A DNA stretch of 43,825 nt from Opitutales bacterium (GTDB lineage: Bacteria; Verrucomicrobiota; Verrucomicrobiia; Opitutales; Coraliomargaritaceae), in NCBI GenBank assembly GCA_049598495.1, contig JBMYNR010000012.1, positions 1-43,825 of the forward strand, given 5' to 3'. Below the pieces are notes generated by a model. The model saw only the letters and a program-made list of their open reading frames with translations, was not told the origin of the DNA and ran no database searches. Position numbers and translations under genes: made by a program. Shown piece by piece: positions 17,351-30,731 of the stretch (position 1 is its first letter; each line of letters opens with the position of its first letter).

Positions 17351-19672
17351 ATGCCCCAGCAAACACGCAGAGACGAAACGATCACCGGAGTCCTCGAGAG
17401 AATCATCTATTTCAACGAGGAAAACGCATACTGTGTCGCGGAAGTGCACACGCCCGAAAGCAAGCACCCCGTGACTGTACTTGGCCCTCTCCCGGGAGTA
17501 CAGTGCGGAGAAACACTGAAACTGCACGGCGAGTGGACCCGCCACCCGACGCACGGCAATCAATTTAAGATTGCCGAGTTCAAGTCGCAGTTACCCGCAT
17601 CGGTTCACGGGATACGAAAGTATCTCGGCAGCGGCTTGATACATGGCATCGGCAAGTCCTACGCAAAAAAGATCGTCGACCACTTCGGTGCCGACACACT
17701 CCGCATCATCAGCGAAGAATCCGGACGGCTGCACGAGATTCCGGGCATCGGGAAACAGCGGGCGAAGTCCATCAAAGCCGCATGGGACGAGCAAAAAGCC
17801 GTGCGCGACGTCATGATGTTTCTCCAGACCTATGGCGTGACGCCCTCTCAGTGCGTGCGCTTGGTCAAAAAATACGGGAGCGGCGCCAAGAGGATTCTTC
17901 AAGACGAGCCCTACCGACTGGCAGAGGATATCGAGCGTATCGGGTTCAAGACCGCCGATAAAATCGCCCTGAACCTCGGGTTTCCGACCAACTCGAAAGA
18001 ACGGATTGACGCCGGCATTCTTCATACCATGCGTCAACTGGAAGACGATGGCCATACACTCGGCACCGAGTCGATGATCCTGGAAAGTGCGACCCGCTTG
18101 CTCTCGCTCGATCCAGCTCAAATTCAACAGCGCATCCTTGCACTCAAAAAGAACGAAAAGTTGTATGGTATACAGGCCTACAATCTTAAGCAGGAGTCGA
18201 TCGGGCCCGCCTACCAATTACCCGCCAGCGCAGGCGCGGAAACGCGTATCGCCGCGGCCATCGCTCGCATCGCCAAAACCCAGTCGATTCTCCCGTCCAT
18301 CAAGGTCGATGCGGCCATTGAATGGGCACAGGCCCGTGCCGGATTCGACTTTGCCGACCAGCAAAGAAGTGCGCTCAGCAACACACTGCGCGCGAAGGTC
18401 TCCATTATCACGGGCGGCCCCGGCACAGGGAAGACCACCATCCTTCGCGCGGTGGTCGATATTGTCCGGGCAAAACGTGCCCGTATATTACTCGCCTCTC
18501 CCACTGGTCGAGCAGCTCAGCGCCTTTCTGAAGCATCCGGTGCGCCCGCCAGCACGATTCATCGCCTGCTCAAATACGATGCAGCCAGCCACCGCTTCAC
18601 CTACAATGAGGAGAACCCCCTGCCCTGTGATTTCTTAATTCTCGACGAGACCAGTATGCTCGACACCCGACTCGCCGCGAACCTCTTCCAGGCGATACCC
18701 TCGGGTGCTCATCTCCTGCTCGTCGGCGACGCAGATCAACTCCCCTCTGTCGGAGCCGGGAACGTTCTCGGGGACCTTATGGCTGCACCACCCGCAACCG
18801 TGACTCGCCTGGATACCATCTTCCGACAAGGAAAGGAAAGTGGGATTGTGACAACCGCGCACGGAATCCTCCACGGAGAGACCCACCCGGGTCGTACCTT
18901 TCGAAGCCTGAAGGACTTGGAAGCCGAGCTCGACTTCACCTTTATCGAAGCCGAAGAACCGGAACAATGTGTCCAGGCGATCAAGTATCTTGCCCGCGAA
19001 TATCTGCCAAAGACACATCAAATCGATCCCATCAAGGATCTACAGATTATGTCTCCGATGCACCGCGGCAGCGGAGGAATCACACTATTGAATACCGAAC
19101 TGCAAGAGGCACTTAACCCAAAAAGCAAAGCAGAATCACGCCTGCGCTCCGACCCGGACTACACCCCCGCCGCGCAGACTCATTTCCGCGAGAAAACACG
19201 CAAGCCACTACCCGTGGAAATTGAATACGGAAATAATCACTATCGAATCGGCGACAAGGTCATCCAGACCCGCAACAATTACGATAAGAACGTTTTCAAC
19301 GGGGACACAGGCATTATCAGGGGTATCGCCGCAGATCGTTCGACCATCCGCATTGAATTCGACGAATTGGTCGAATACTCAAAAGGCGAGCTCTCCGAGA
19401 TTCAGCATGCCTACGCCATCTCAATCCATAAAAGTCAGGGCAGCGAATATCCCGTCGTTGTGGTACCTCTGCTCAAACAACACTTTCTACTCTTGCAGCG
19501 CAATCTCGTCTACACCGGCATCACCCGCGCCCGGCAAAAAGTTTACATCGTCGGCTCGCTCGATGCCTATGCCATGGCGATCAAAAACAATGAGCAACAG
19601 GTGCGCATGACCCATCTGAGCACTCGCTTACGGAAAGCCGTGGAAACTCAGGAGACGGAGGCCAACTCCTGA
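17351..19672 (+). CDS. recD2: ATP-dependent RecD-like helicase RecD2
   Basis: N-terminal OB and HhH regions ([11 protein letters not shown]), [48 protein letters not shown]. Confidence 0.95.
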   Translation: MPQQTRRDETITGVLERIIYFNEENAYCVAEVHTPESKHPVTVLGPLPGVQCGETLKLHGEWTRHPTHGNQFKIAEFKSQLPASVHGIRKYLGSGLIHGIGKSYAKKIVDHFGADTLRIISEESGRLHEIPGIGKQRAKSIKAAWDEQKAVRDVMMFLQTYGVTPSQCVRLVKKYGSGAKRILQDEPYRLAEDIERIGFKTADKIALNLGFPTNSKERIDAGILHTMRQLEDDGHTLGTESMILESATRLLSLDPAQIQQRILALKKNEKLYGIQAYNLKQESIGPAYQLPASAGAETRIAAAIARIAKTQSILPSIKVDAAIEWAQARAGFDFADQQRSALSNTLRAKVSIITGGPGTGKTTILRAVVDIVRAKRARILLASPTGRAAQRLSEASGAPASTIHRLLKYDAASHRFTYNEENPLPCDFLILDETSMLDTRLAANLFQAIPSGAHLLLVGDADQLPSVGAGNVLGDLMAAPPATVTRLDTIFRQGKESGIVTTAHGILHGETHPGRTFRSLKDLEAELDFTFIEAEEPEQCVQAIKYLAREYLPKTHQIDPIKDLQIMSPMHRGSGGITLLNTELQEALNPKSKAESRLRSDPDYTPAAQTHFREKTRKPLPVEIEYGNNHYRIGDKVIQTRNNYDKNVFNGDTGIIRGIAADRSTIRIEFDELVEYSKGELSEIQHAYAISIHKSQGSEYPVVVVPLLKQHFLLLQRNLVYTGITRARQKVYIVGSLDAYAMAIKNNEQQVRMTHLSTRLRKAVETQETEANS

Positions 19673-21291
19673 ATCGCGCGCAAATCCAGCTTCCCCGTCG
19701 CCAGGATGGGGATACTCTCCACTCGGACAATCTCCTTGGGTATCCAGAGATTGCTCAGGCCCGCAGCCGAAAGTTTTGAGCGTACGTCATCTACCTCCAG
19801 GTCGATCGCACTGAGCAGAACGAGCGCCTCACCCTTGGCTTCGTCCGGGCGCCCGGACACCGCCAGTAATGGCACCTCCTCATCAAGCAGGTCATAGGCA
19901 TTATTCAGGGCCTCCTCAATGGTTCCATGTGGCACCATCTCCCCCCCGATCTTCGAGAAGCGGGAGAGCCGCCCCTCAATATAGAGAAATCCGTCTGCAT
20001 CAAACCGGGCAAGATCCCCCGTGATAAACCAGTCGCCATCCTTTACCTCCGCTGTGCGCACAGCATCATCGAGATAACCATTGAAAATATTCGGCCCTTT
20101 CAACGCGAGGAGACCAACCGAATGAATATCTAGATCTTCACTTGTATCCGGGTCGAGGATACGGGCAGCATGCCCGGGCATAAGCCGCCCCACGGAGCCG
20201 CGACGATTGCCGTTCTTCACGCCGCCCGGGTATTCTACACCCGCGGGGGTCTCGGGCAAGTTCACACTGACTACAGGTGAGGTTTCCGTAAGGCCGTAGC
20301 CCTCAAGGTAGGTGCTTCCGAAACGTGCCTCCCATGCGTCCGCAAAGCCCTCAGGCGTCTTTTCCGCCCCGGCGATTACATAACGAAGCGACTCCAATGA
20401 CTCCGGATCAACCCGCTTCAGGTAGGGTTTGAAGAAAGTCGGGGTGCCGACGAGGATCGAAGCTGATTCCTCTTTGATCACGCCCGCGATCTTCTTAATC
20501 TCCAATGGAGACGGCACGGTGATCACCCCGCATCCTCGAAGCAGCGGATACCAGAGAGTGACGGTGAAGCCAAAACTATGGAACATCGGGAGATTCACCA
20601 GTAGCTTCTCCTCTTCGGGCAATAGACCGGAAGCATCGATTTGCCCGCAATTCCCAAGAATGTTCCGATGCGTCAGAGCAACGCCCTTGGGGTCGCCCGA
20701 ACTACCACTCGTGAAAAGCAAGCCCGCTTCCACATCGCCACCCTCCTTAGGGATTTTTAGTAGGCTCGCGAGTATTTTGGCCGGGCACACAAAAATAGCA
20801 GCCAGAAGCAAGAGCGTCTTCACCTTCGGCAGGGCCTTCATTTCCTCAACGAGGTCGACGACACCACTCTCCGGCCAAGGGAAACCGCTTATCATCTGCC
20901 GGACTCGCTCGGTCGAAAGCAGGCAGTCGATATCGGCTTTCCTAAGGCAAGCCTCAGCGCTTGCCGGGCCCAAAGTAAAATTAAGATTTACCGGCACCTT
21001 GCCCGCGAGCACGACAGCCAGGTTCGCAATGTAGCCGCCCAACCCCGGTGGAAAGAGAATACCAACTCTGGTCTTTGACGTCCATTCACGGATTCTTCGG
21101 GAGAGCATATACGAGGCCGCAAGTAAAAAGCCCTTCTTCATGCCGCGACGTTGCAAAGTGCAGTCGACAATCAACTCGCGCCCCGGCTTTTTCGCCAGCG
21201 AGCGGAAACACTCATATGCGAGATGGCTCTCCAGTTCCGGCCGCTTTTGAAATGCCGCTTCGCCAACGTCAATTTGCTTAGAGGCAGTCAT
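19648..21291 (-). CDS. AMP-binding enzyme resembling the acyl-ACP synthetase domain of Aas
   Basis: [47 protein letters not shown] and TGKLD motifs. Confidence 0.85.
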   Translation of the reverse strand: MTASKQIDVGEAAFQKRPELESHLAYECFRSLAKKPGRELIVDCTLQRRGMKKGFLLAASYMLSRRIREWTSKTRVGILFPPGLGGYIANLAVVLAGKVPVNLNFTLGPASAEACLRKADIDCLLSTERVRQMISGFPWPESGVVDLVEEMKALPKVKTLLLLAAIFVCPAKILASLLKIPKEGGDVEAGLLFTSGSSGDPKGVALTHRNILGNCGQIDASGLLPEEEKLLVNLPMFHSFGFTVTLWYPLLRGCGVITVPSPLEIKKIAGVIKEESASILVGTPTFFKPYLKRVDPESLESLRYVIAGAEKTPEGFADAWEARFGSTYLEGYGLTETSPVVSVNLPETPAGVEYPGGVKNGNRRGSVGRLMPGHAARILDPDTSEDLDIHSVGLLALKGPNIFNGYLDDAVRTAEVKDGDWFITGDLARFDADGFLYIEGRLSRFSKIGGEMVPHGTIEEALNNAYDLLDEEVPLLAVSGRPDEAKGEALVLLSAIDLEVDDVRSKLSAAGLSNLWIPKEIVRVESIPILATGKLDLRAIQELASVS

Positions 21292-21331
21292 ACTTGGGAT
21301 TCAAAAAGACTAACAAGAATGCCTGTTCCGC

Positions 21332-22354
21332 TCAATCTTCCGCAGCGGCTTCTTCCTCCTTGCGCACTTGAAGAACGGCTTCAAGTAGAGCCTGTTTGAG
21401 TGCTTCAAAGCCCTCATCCGAAACGCAGGAAATCGGATAAACCGGATGCTTCACCTTCTTGAGAAAGTGCTTCAAATTTTCAGGTGCGTCGGGCTCATCC
21501 ATCTTATTCGCGCAGATCAACTCGGGCTTACGCACGAGGCAGGGCATGTAGAGTTTGAGTTCATTCATCAGCACCTTATAGTCGCCGATTGGCTCCCGCC
21601 CGTCCGTGCCCTGCATGTCGATCATGATGAGCAGCACCTTGCAGCGCTCCACGTGCTTCAAGAAACGATGCCCGAGCCCTCGATTCTCGCTCGCACCCTC
21701 GATCAGACCAGGAATATCAGCCACGGTAATACGCTCAAACTGATCAGGATACTCGAGAACTCCCACCGTGGGAAACATGGTGGTAAAGGGATAGGCGCCT
21801 GTCTTCGGGTGCGCGTTGGTCACCATATTGAGAAGGGTCGATTTCCCCGCGTTAGGAAACCCGATCAGGCCAACATCCGCGATGGTCTTGATCACAAGGC
21901 GAAATTCGCCCTCCTCGCCCAGCTTGCCCAGAGTAAACTGGCGAGGTGCCTGGTTCGTCGATGATTTGAAAACCGTGTTGCCCTTGCCGCCTTCACCTCC
22001 TTCGAGAAGCAGAAACTTCTGGCCATGCTCCAGTACCTCGGCCACGGGCTCGTCCGTCTCCCGGTCCACGACAACAGTACCAATCGGCAGCTTGAGGATG
22101 ATGTGCGCCCCGTTGGCACCGTGTTGGTCACTGCCACGACCGGGCTCACCGTTCTTTGCCTGCCACCCCGGCTTGAAGTAAAAGCCAGTAAGATCTGCAA
22201 CATTGGTGTCCCCCACGATATAGACATTCCCGCCACGGCCGCCATCACCGCCATCCGGACCGCCCTTCGGCTCATACTTCGCGCGGCGAAAGCTAAAACA
22301 GCCATCACCGCCCTTGCCGGCCTTGAATTTGACTTTTACTTCGTCGTAAAACAT
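21332..22354 (-). CDS. obgE: GTPase ObgE/CgtA
   Basis: Gly-rich Obg fold ([12 protein letters not shown]); [17 protein letters not shown] and NKMD motifs. Confidence 0.97.
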   Translation of the reverse strand: MFYDEVKVKFKAGKGGDGCFSFRRAKYEPKGGPDGGDGGRGGNVYIVGDTNVADLTGFYFKPGWQAKNGEPGRGSDQHGANGAHIILKLPIGTVVVDRETDEPVAEVLEHGQKFLLLEGGEGGKGNTVFKSSTNQAPRQFTLGKLGEEGEFRLVIKTIADVGLIGFPNAGKSTLLNMVTNAHPKTGAYPFTTMFPTVGVLEYPDQFERITVADIPGLIEGASENRGLGHRFLKHVERCKVLLIMIDMQGTDGREPIGDYKVLMNELKLYMPCLVRKPELICANKMDEPDAPENLKHFLKKVKHPVYPISCVSDEGFEALKQALLEAVLQVRKEEEAAAED

Positions 22355-22390
22355 GCCCCGTTTTCAAGCGAGGCGGCATGCTTTGCAAAT

Positions 22391-24559
22391 CTAATACGAC
22401 TTCGAATGCATTCCGGTATCCGTGCCCAACGCTTTCTCGACCGCGTCTCGGACAAGGCCATTGGTTAAACTCTGGGGCAGGACGCTTATCTCACCATGGG
22501 GAGTGTAGAGCACGTAGAGAGGCACCCCTAACCGATCGAAGCTTTCCAGTGCGGACGTAATCTTCGGGTCATAGCGGGTCCAGTCAGCCGACAGTGCGAC
22601 CACGTTATATTCTTCGAAAAGTTGCTTGGTCGCTTCCGTGCGCAGGGCCACGCGCTTATTGACCTGACAGATCAGGCACCAAGTCGCGGTAAAATCAACG
22701 AAAACAGGGCGCCCCTGCGCGAGGATCGATTCTACCCGCTCCGCCGACCAGGGTTGCCACTGCTCGGAAGCGTCCTCCACCGGGGCAACATCCGTATTGG
22801 CATGGGCAGCTTTCGTTTCGGAAATGGCCCATGCGATCGAGGATAGCACCAGCACCGAGGCGGCTAACCTAGCAGTCATTTGCACACGTTTCGAGCGCAC
22901 GGCAGCGCCCCACCGGCCAAAGATCCAAGCCGCCACCGCCAAGGCAAGCATCAGCATAAGCAACACAATAATCGCATCGACCCCTCCCTGGCGCCCGGCG
23001 ACGAGGGCAAGAAAAACTACCGCAGCCATCAACAGGAAACCCATACCCTGTTTAAACGATTCCATCCAGAGACCTGGCTTCGGAAGGAACGCGATCAGCT
23101 TTGGGAAAACAGACAGAAGAAGAAACGGAGAGGCCAAACCAAGACCCATCGTTCCGAAAATAAGTAGGCCCGTGCCCGCATTGGTCTGGACGGCCACCCC
23201 GCTGACGCCCGCAACGAGGGGCCCAATGCAGGGCGCACCCACCACGGCCGCAAGAATCCCCATCCCGAAGGAACCAAAAAGATCTTTCCTTTGAGCAAGC
23301 TGGGTATCGGCGCCGACCAGACGGCCGCCCAACTCGAAAACGCCCATCAGATTGAGGCCGAAGAGGAAGAAAACCGCCGTCAGCACAACAATGAAACCCG
23401 GGCTCTGGAGCTGAAAGCCCCACCCGATCCGCTCGCCAAAAGAACGCAGGACGAGCAATACGCCGGCGAGCAGAAGGAAGCTCAACACAACGCCCACAGT
23501 GTAAGCCAATCCATGCTTCAATGCATCCACTCGAGTCTGCCCGACATGCTTCAGAAGGGAGAACACCTTGAGTGAAAGAACCGGTAGAACACAGGGCATG
23601 ATGTTCAGAATCAGCCCCCCGAGAAATGCCAGCGCAAGAAAGCCGGGAAGCCCAAGCGCAAGCAGACGCTGCTCGAATCCGACAGGATCCGGGGCGGCCA
23701 TTACAGTTACCGTTCTCGGCTCAACTGCCGACCGGACCTGCGGCGGCGCATCGCCTATCTGAACTTCGACCGACCAGGCATCCGCTCCCGACCTCAGCAA
23801 TCCAGAGACCGAGCCGAGGGGATCCGCTAGAAAAACCGGATCCGCCGACAGATGCAGCTCCACACGATCGACTGCCGGGTAGCTCAAGATCTGCTCAGCG
23901 CTCGGATCCACGACCCCCTCCGATTCGGCATAAAAATAAAGGTCCGCCGGAATATTCACACCCTCCACAAGCAGCATGAGGGTTTCGCCATCGACTCGAC
24001 CCGTTACCGACCAGTCCGCGGATGGCTCTGGCTGGCCGGCACGGGCAGCTTCAAACAACGCGGCATTTACGCCGGGCTTGGCAAGGTCGGCCACAGGCAA
24101 GGTCAATTCCAGCCCAGCGTTTCCAGGCAAACAGAGATCCTTGCAGATCAGGAAGAAGAGATCGACCGCGAGGGTGATCTCGGTCCCTGATTTTAGACTC
24201 TCTGGAGCTGTCATCGGGATAATGAGCGTGGCCTCATTTTCGTAGCCGTAGTTGATCAATCCAGCCATCTCGATGCGCTCCGGCACCGGCCATTGAATGT
24301 TGCCTGCCTCAAACCCCTCGGGAAGCTTCCAATCCAACTGTGGCGCCACACCACTCGCCCCCGGATTCGCCCAGTAAATATGCCAGTGCTCAACCAGTTC
24401 GAAGTGCACCGCTACATCGAATGTGCTACCTGCTACGATCGCATCGTTCTCGGCCAGCAATTCAACCGTCGCGTAATCTGTCTTCACGGAAGCGGCATGA
24501 CCCAATGTCGACAGAATGAGGGCAGGTAATAAGCAAAAATACGTTACGATATTAAACAT
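22391..24559 (-). CDS. dsbD: Protein-disulfide reductase, DsbD family
   Basis: WHIYWANPG, ICKDLCLP, LNIMPCVLPVL, APCIGP and thioredoxin motif DFTATWCLIC; start uncertain (24559 or 24583). Confidence 0.88.
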   Translation of the reverse strand: MFNIVTYFCLLPALILSTLGHAASVKTDYATVELLAENDAIVAGSTFDVAVHFELVEHWHIYWANPGASGVAPQLDWKLPEGFEAGNIQWPVPERIEMAGLINYGYENEATLIIPMTAPESLKSGTEITLAVDLFFLICKDLCLPGNAGLELTLPVADLAKPGVNAALFEAARAGQPEPSADWSVTGRVDGETLMLLVEGVNIPADLYFYAESEGVVDPSAEQILSYPAVDRVELHLSADPVFLADPLGSVSGLLRSGADAWSVEVQIGDAPPQVRSAVEPRTVTVMAAPDPVGFEQRLLALGLPGFLALAFLGGLILNIMPCVLPVLSLKVFSLLKHVGQTRVDALKHGLAYTVGVVLSFLLLAGVLLVLRSFGERIGWGFQLQSPGFIVVLTAVFFLFGLNLMGVFELGGRLVGADTQLAQRKDLFGSFGMGILAAVVGAPCIGPLVAGVSGVAVQTNAGTGLLIFGTMGLGLASPFLLLSVFPKLIAFLPKPGLWMESFKQGMGFLLMAAVVFLALVAGRQGGVDAIIVLLMLMLALAVAAWIFGRWGAAVRSKRVQMTARLAASVLVLSSIAWAISETKAAHANTDVAPVEDASEQWQPWSAERVESILAQGRPVFVDFTATWCLICQVNKRVALRTEATKQLFEEYNVVALSADWTRYDPKITSALESFDRLGVPLYVLYTPHGEISVLPQSLTNGLVRDAVEKALGTDTGMHSKSY

Positions 24560-24656
24560 TTCTGAATGTAGGGATAGCATCACGCCGCGCTTTATTCCAG
24601 AAGAACCGAGCTTTTGCCTTCTGTAAGGAAAACTGCCCCCAAAAGATCGTTACAGT

Positions 24657-25199
24657 ATGCGCATTTTACTCCCATTGATCGCAATCACAACAACCCCACT
24701 CATGAGCTTTGCCTACGAACAAGCCTTCCCAAAAACCGACATCGACAGGTATGAGATCAAGACGCTCCCGAAAGCGCGTCTCGTAGCCAGCCAAACAGAC
24801 AAAGCTTACTTTGAGGCAAACGGTGACCTATTCCGGCCTCTTTTCCGCTATATTCAACAAAACGATATCCCCATGACGACACCCGTGGAGGCAGAAATGG
24901 ATCCGGGAGTCATGTATTTCTACATCGGCACAGACGCCGATGATGCCGTTCTCAAGGAAACCGAGCAAGTGACGGTCCACGAGCTGCCCGAACGAGTCGT
25001 CGCCAGCTTCGGCGTGCGCGGTGGCTACAGCGAGCAAAACTTCCATGAAGCATCCGCCAAACTGGAAGCATGGCTGCGACAAAACAACGACTACGAGGCA
25101 GCAGGCCCCCCGCGTGGTATTTTCTGGAACGGCCCCTACGTCCCGGGCTTCCTGAAACGTTTCGAAGTGCATATACCTGCAAAAAGCACCGAGAACTAG
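24657..25199 (+). CDS. SOUL-family heme-binding protein
   Basis: LFRPLFRYI, IPMTTPV and WNGPYVPGFLKRFEV motifs. Confidence 0.85.
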   Translation: MRILLPLIAITTTPLMSFAYEQAFPKTDIDRYEIKTLPKARLVASQTDKAYFEANGDLFRPLFRYIQQNDIPMTTPVEAEMDPGVMYFYIGTDADDAVLKETEQVTVHELPERVVASFGVRGGYSEQNFHEASAKLEAWLRQNNDYEAAGPPRGIFWNGPYVPGFLKRFEVHIPAKSTEN

Positions 25200-25201
25200 A
25201 T

Positions 25202-25933
25202 ATGCCACTCGACTACTCCATCGTCATCCCCGCTTATAATGAGGCCGCCGAGCTGCCCAGGACTCTGGCCTACGTGCGCAGAGCGATGGCTGCGATTGAT
25301 TTGCATGGCGAGTGTGTCGTCGTAGATAATAACTCAAGCGATGGAACCGAGGCGGTCGCCCGGGATCACGGAGCGGATCGGGTGGTCTTTGAACCGATCA
25401 ACCAAATCGCCCGCGCGAGGAATGCAGGCGCCGCCGAGAGCACCGCTCGCCATCTTGTTTTTATTGATGCCGACACGCGCATCGCTCCCGCGCTTTTAAA
25501 GGAGGCAATTCGCCGCCTCGAGAGCGGGAGCTGCGTGGGCGGTGGATCTGTGGTCGAATTTGAAGGCGAGGTCAGCTGGATCGGTCGTTTCGGGATCGCA
25601 CTTTGGGAGCAAATATCTAAGCTCACCCAAATTGCCGCGGGAAGCTTCCTCTACTGCCAGAGAGAAGCCTTCAATGACGTTGGCGGCTACGATGAATCTC
25701 TTTACGCGAGTGAAGAAGTGCGTTTCTCCCGCCTCATAAAAAACTGGGGCAAGAACCGGGGTCTCCGATTTGATATCCTAGATCACGCTCCCGCGCAAAC
25801 TTCGGCCCGCAAACTGCAGTGGTATTCAGGCCCGCAGATCCTTGGCTGGGTCAGCCTCATGATTCTTATGCCGTTGGCCGTTCGTTCGCGCAAATTCTGT
25901 GGTTTCTGGTATAAACGTCCTAAGTCCGTCTAG
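25202..25933 (+). CDS. Glycosyltransferase family 2
   Basis: SIVIPAYNE, VVDNNSSDGT, ARNAGA, FIDAD and GGYDE motifs; start set at ATG 25202. Confidence 0.9.
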   Translation: MPLDYSIVIPAYNEAAELPRTLAYVRRAMAAIDLHGECVVVDNNSSDGTEAVARDHGADRVVFEPINQIARARNAGAAESTARHLVFIDADTRIAPALLKEAIRRLESGSCVGGGSVVEFEGEVSWIGRFGIALWEQISKLTQIAAGSFLYCQREAFNDVGGYDESLYASEEVRFSRLIKNWGKNRGLRFDILDHAPAQTSARKLQWYSGPQILGWVSLMILMPLAVRSRKFCGFWYKRPKSV

Positions 25934-26041
25934 CCTCGAGCCCATCTCAATCCTTGCCCTTTGGGGAACAGGTTGTCACGCTGGGGGTCTTTTTTATTCG
26001 AAGCGCACACGCTCACGCTGATCAGATCCACTTCCACTCAA

Positions 26042-26992
26042 ATGCTTTACGACCGCCCTTACATGCGCCGGACCTCTCAGGGATCTGTCGATAGCAAAGC
26101 CTCGATGGTCACCACCCTGCTCGTCATCACGATCGGGGTCTTCGTGCTCCAACAAGTCCTCAATGTATTCTTTCCGGCACCCGGCGGGATGGAGAACCGC
26201 GTGATGGCTGATTGGTTCGCGTTAAGCGGTAACAACTTTCAGGAACTGAAGCTCTGGACCATTCTGAGCTACGGCCTCCTTCACAGCACTTCGGGCTTTC
26301 TACACATCCTTGGAAACATGGTGGGGCTTTATTTCATTGGTCGCATGATAGAACCCCTGCTCGGCCGCGAACGCTTTCTCCTTCTTTATGTGGCCGGCTC
26401 ACTTCTCGGAGGCATCACTTATCTGGCCTTTCATTTCAATGACCCGCCGATCGCCCTCTATAACGGAGTCCCGATTTATCAGGTAATGGTCGGCGCATCC
26501 GCCTCGGTGATGGCGATTCTGGCCCTCTTCTGCATACTGTATCCCGAGCGTCCGATCACGCTTCTGCTCTTCTTTGTATTGCCCGTCACGATGAAGCCGA
26601 AATGGATACTACGCATCACTTTGGCAGTTTCCCTTGGCGGCCTTCTGCTCCACGAGATTCCCAATGATCCGTCCGGGCTTGGGAGTGTCGCCCACTCTGC
26701 GCACTTGGGCGGGCTGCTGACGGGCTTTCTCTATTATCGCTTCGTTCACAACCGCGCAGGGAATCTTTTCGGATCAACCGCCGCCAAGCCCTCGGTCGAG
26801 CTGCCGGATTGGTTCAAGCGCAAGCAGAAGGCGCAACGCTCCATAAGCTACAAAGTCAACCGCTCGAGTCGTGACGATTTGCAAAAAGAGGTCGACCGCA
26901 TTCTCGATAAAATCAATGCCACGGGGTTCGGCTCGCTCACAGAGGCCGAGAAGAAAACCCTCGACCAAGCCAAAGATATTCTAAGCCGCTAG
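26042..26992 (+). CDS. Rhomboid intramembrane serine protease with C-terminal VDRILDKI helical domain
   Basis: HILGNM, GASAS (catalytic Ser) and AHLGG (catalytic His) motifs; start set at ATG 26042. Confidence 0.92.
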   Translation: MLYDRPYMRRTSQGSVDSKASMVTTLLVITIGVFVLQQVLNVFFPAPGGMENRVMADWFALSGNNFQELKLWTILSYGLLHSTSGFLHILGNMVGLYFIGRMIEPLLGRERFLLLYVAGSLLGGITYLAFHFNDPPIALYNGVPIYQVMVGASASVMAILALFCILYPERPITLLLFFVLPVTMKPKWILRITLAVSLGGLLLHEIPNDPSGLGSVAHSAHLGGLLTGFLYYRFVHNRAGNLFGSTAAKPSVELPDWFKRKQKAQRSISYKVNRSSRDDLQKEVDRILDKINATGFGSLTEAEKKTLDQAKDILSR

Positions 26993-27028
26993 CCTAAGCG
27001 CATGCCTGACGACCGTTCCAAACTACGT

Positions 27029-29458
27029 ATGAATAAACGAATTTTCCGAATTGTATTGGTCTTTTCGGGAGCGCTTGCCTTCGCTCTCTCGACCCATGCT
27101 AAGCTGGAGCCAAGCGATGAAATGGCGTCTCAGACCCGTTGGGTGGTCAATACGATCAACGCACGCCACTACCTTCGCGGCAGCATGGATCGCCTCGACG
27201 GCAAAGAGATGGTAGAAGCGTATATCGAGTCCTTCGATTATGGCCGGATGTATTTCACCCGCCCCGAGGTGGATGATTATATCTTCCGTTTCGCAGAGGC
27301 CATGGAAGCCTTCCTTGAAAAAGGAAATCTCTATGCTGCCTTTGAAATCTACGAGGGCTTCAAACGAAACGCGATTGAGCGGGCCAAATGGGCCTACCAA
27401 CGCCTGGAGCAGGACTTCGATTTTACCGCGGAGGAAACCTTCCGGCCTGACCGCCGGGAGGCCGAGTGGCCGGCCAGCGCTGATGAGGCCGATGTATTAT
27501 GGCTGCAGCGCCTGAAATACGAGTTGCTCAATGAAATCCTCTCGCTCGCATCCGAGGACGATGAGGACGGAGAGGCATCGCTTACGCCTGAAAATCCAGA
27601 CCTCATCGCCCCGAATGAAGACGAAGAAGAGGAGTTTGATCCCAGCAAACTCCGACACCTGCTCGAAGATGAGGCCTTCTACACCGAGACACTTGACGCC
27701 GCACGTGAGAAAATCCGCCGTCGCTATGAGCGGAATTTGAACCACACGGTCACCCGCGAAGAAGCCGAAGTCCAGGAGTCCTTTATTAATTCAATGACCC
27801 AACTCTTCGACCCGCACTCGACCTTCCTCTCCTCCGACACACTGGAAAGCTTCAATTCTTCCGTGCAAAACTCATTCGTGGGAATTGGAGCCCTTTTGGA
27901 AGACGATGATGGAATTTGCACCATCAAGGAGGTCCTTCCCGGGGGGCCCGCCGAGCGCTCCCGCCTGCTCGAGGCAGAGGATCAGATCCTCGGGGTGGCA
28001 CAAGGTAACGCCGATTTTGAAGACGTGGTCGATATGCAGCTTCGCCACATCGTGCGCAAGATTAAGGGAGAAAAGGGCACGACGGTGCGCCTCTTGATTC
28101 GCCCGGGCGATGCAGCCGATCCTTCTGCCCGGAAGATCGTGCCCATCATTCGCGACGAGGTGAAACTGATCGCAAACCTCGCCACCGGAAAACTCATTCA
28201 AATCCCCCAAACGGATGGCAGTTCCATTCCTGTTGGTGTCATTGAACTCCCCTCTTTTTACGGTAATATCGGAGCCGGCAACACCCTGACAACGACCAGT
28301 GAGGATGTAACTGAACTGGTCAATAAGCTTCGTGATGCCGGGGCCGAGGGGATCATCCTCGACCTCCGAATGAATGGTGGCGGCCTCCTCAGTGAGGCCG
28401 TAAGCGTCGCCGGCCTCTTCATTCCGGTCGGCCCTGTCGTTCAAGTTCGCGACAGCTCCGGCCGAAAGGACATTCTCTCGGACCATAACCCCAATATGCT
28501 GTGGGATGGGCCACTTATCGTCCTCACCTCACGCTTCAGCGCATCGGCATCGGAGATTGTTGCTGGCGCGCTCCAGGATCATGAGCGTGCGCTCATCGTC
28601 GGCAACCGCTCAACCCACGGAAAGGGCACCGTGCAGGAGGTCTATCATATGAACAACCGCCTGCCGTTTTCATACTTCAAAACAACCGGGCCCCAGGCTC
28701 GCCCCGTCGCCTCTAAGATCACAATCAAACAGTTCTACCTGCCCGACGGCAGCTCCACACAGCTGAAGGGTGTGCCGTCCGATATTGCCCTCCCGTCGGT
28801 CAACGAATTCCTCCCAATCGGTGAAGACGACCTTCCCCACGCCTTGCCCTGGGATGAGATCGAACCGATCGACTGGATCAATGACTGGGCGAAGCTGGAT
28901 GTTGCCAGCCCCGAAGACCCGGCTTTGATCGAGCAATTGGCTCAAGCCAGCATGGCGCGGCAGACCGAACTCGAGGAGTTCCGCTTCCTGAAAGAACAGA
29001 TCGAATGGCGACGCGAACGCTATGAAGAAAAGGAGATTTCAATCAACCTCGCACATCGTATTCAGCGCAAGATTGATGAAAAGGGCTACATCGATGAACT
29101 CGATGCCACTTACGAGGCTCTTAGTGAAAATGACTACGACGCGCAGGAGTTTCTACTCAAGGTCGCTGAAGAGCAGGACGCCCTTTCAAAAGAGAACCTC
29201 GCACAGCCAATGATTGAGACAGCGACAACTCTTCCAGGCGAACAAGAATCTTCAGAGGCGGTGGTTAACAATCCGGTCACTGCCACCGATCAGACAGTCG
29301 AAACGGAGATAGAGGAGGAAGAAGAACAAGAAGAAGAGGAAGCCAATTACGATATCCATCTTCGCGAGAGTGCTCGGATCATGGCCGACTGGGTCAAGCT
29401 GCTCCGCAAGCCAGGGACCATGACTGCACTGAGCCGCAGATTAACGTCTTCGCGGTAA
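27029..29458 (+). CDS. prc: Carboxy-terminal processing (tail-specific) protease, S41A
   Basis: DPHSTF, PDZ motif [39 protein letters not shown]; start 27029 or 27002. Confidence 0.9.
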   Translation: MNKRIFRIVLVFSGALAFALSTHAKLEPSDEMASQTRWVVNTINARHYLRGSMDRLDGKEMVEAYIESFDYGRMYFTRPEVDDYIFRFAEAMEAFLEKGNLYAAFEIYEGFKRNAIERAKWAYQRLEQDFDFTAEETFRPDRREAEWPASADEADVLWLQRLKYELLNEILSLASEDDEDGEASLTPENPDLIAPNEDEEEEFDPSKLRHLLEDEAFYTETLDAAREKIRRRYERNLNHTVTREEAEVQESFINSMTQLFDPHSTFLSSDTLESFNSSVQNSFVGIGALLEDDDGICTIKEVLPGGPAERSRLLEAEDQILGVAQGNADFEDVVDMQLRHIVRKIKGEKGTTVRLLIRPGDAADPSARKIVPIIRDEVKLIANLATGKLIQIPQTDGSSIPVGVIELPSFYGNIGAGNTLTTTSEDVTELVNKLRDAGAEGIILDLRMNGGGLLSEAVSVAGLFIPVGPVVQVRDSSGRKDILSDHNPNMLWDGPLIVLTSRFSASASEIVAGALQDHERALIVGNRSTHGKGTVQEVYHMNNRLPFSYFKTTGPQARPVASKITIKQFYLPDGSSTQLKGVPSDIALPSVNEFLPIGEDDLPHALPWDEIEPIDWINDWAKLDVASPEDPALIEQLAQASMARQTELEEFRFLKEQIEWRRERYEEKEISINLAHRIQRKIDEKGYIDELDATYEALSENDYDAQEFLLKVAEEQDALSKENLAQPMIETATTLPGEQESSEAVVNNPVTATDQTVETEIEEEEEQEEEEANYDIHLRESARIMADWVKLLRKPGTMTALSRRLTSSR

Positions 29459-29514
29459 TGCCACTTAGAGCACATCGCAAAAAGACCGTCGCATTGGAAT
29501 TTTTGCAATGGGCC

Positions 29515-30678
29515 TTAGGCACTGGCGTGCTTGGCGACCATCTCGTAGAAATCCATAAAAAGAGGGTCGGCATCATTCGGACCGGGCGCTGCCTCGGGGT
29601 GATACTGCACCGAGAAGACCGGTTTATCCTTGAGCCGGAGCCCCTCAACCGTTCCGTCATTTAGATTGATCTCGGTCACAATCGCACCGGCCTTTTCGAG
29701 CTCTTCACGAGTCGAGGCGAAACCATGATTTTGAGAGGTGATCGATACTTTGCCGGTTTCTAAGTTCTTGACCGGTTGGTTGCCTCCACGGTGACCAAAC
29801 TTCAGCTTAAACGTCTCTGCGCCCAAAGCGTGCGTGATGATTTGGTGCCCAAGGCAAATCCCGAAGGTGGGATACTCTTCGATAAGCTCTTTGACCGTAG
29901 CATGCGCATAATCAACCGCCCCCGGATCGCCCGGACCATTCGAAAGGAAAACTCCGTCCGGCTTGAAGGCGCGAATCTCGTCGGCTGATGTATCCGCCGG
30001 AAAGATATGCACATCAAAGCCGTGATGCTGAAGTTTGCGGTAAATTGAATATTTAGCCCCAAAGTCCAGAGCCGCCACCTTGTAGCGCGTCTTGTCCGAC
30101 TGTTCACCCTTTAAGTCAGTACCAACCACAGTGAACGGTGTGGATTGCTTCATCCCGGGATCCCATTGATACGGCTCGCCGGCAGTCACTTCCTTCACAA
30201 AATCCACCCCGATCAAGCCACCGAAGTCACGGGCCTTCTGAATGGCCGCCTCATCCGAGATCTCTTCGGTGCTGATGCAGGCCTTCAGCGCACCGCTCAC
30301 TCGAAGCTTCTTCGTGATCGCCCGGGTATCCACACCCTCGATGCCAGGAATCCCGGCATCTGCCAGGTAGCTCTGAATCGACTGGTTACTCCGCCAGTTA
30401 CTGGCCACCGGGCTGACCTCACGAACAACAAATCCCCGTACCTTCGGGCCGTCAGATTCGACGTCTTCAGGACTGATCCCATAATTGCCAATCTGAACGG
30501 CCGTCATCGTCACAATCTGCGAAAAATAGGAAGGATCCGTCAGTATCTCCTGATATCCAGTCATGCTCGTGTTAAAGCAAGCCTCCCCAACATTCGTGGC
30601 CACTGCGCCAAATCCACGGCCCCGAAATACGGTTCCGTCTTCAAATGCGATGAGTCCTGTACGAGTCGATTCTGCCAT
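29515..30678 (-). CDS. carA: Carbamoyl-phosphate synthase small subunit
   Basis: [38 protein letters not shown] and [10 protein letters not shown] motifs; start set at ATG 30678. Confidence 0.97.
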   Translation of the reverse strand: MAESTRTGLIAFEDGTVFRGRGFGAVATNVGEACFNTSMTGYQEILTDPSYFSQIVTMTAVQIGNYGISPEDVESDGPKVRGFVVREVSPVASNWRSNQSIQSYLADAGIPGIEGVDTRAITKKLRVSGALKACISTEEISDEAAIQKARDFGGLIGVDFVKEVTAGEPYQWDPGMKQSTPFTVVGTDLKGEQSDKTRYKVAALDFGAKYSIYRKLQHHGFDVHIFPADTSADEIRAFKPDGVFLSNGPGDPGAVDYAHATVKELIEEYPTFGICLGHQIITHALGAETFKLKFGHRGGNQPVKNLETGKVSITSQNHGFASTREELEKAGAIVTEINLNDGTVEGLRLKDKPVFSVQYHPEAAPGPNDADPLFMDFYEMVAKHASA

Positions 30679-30731
30679 CTTAACGGTGGAGCCAAACGAG
30701 AATCCCGCGCCATGCAAATCAAAAGCACTCC

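Noticed and set aside
29310..29342. GAA/GAG-rich tract
   Set aside because: It encodes a poly-Glu linker in Prc and is not a separate element.
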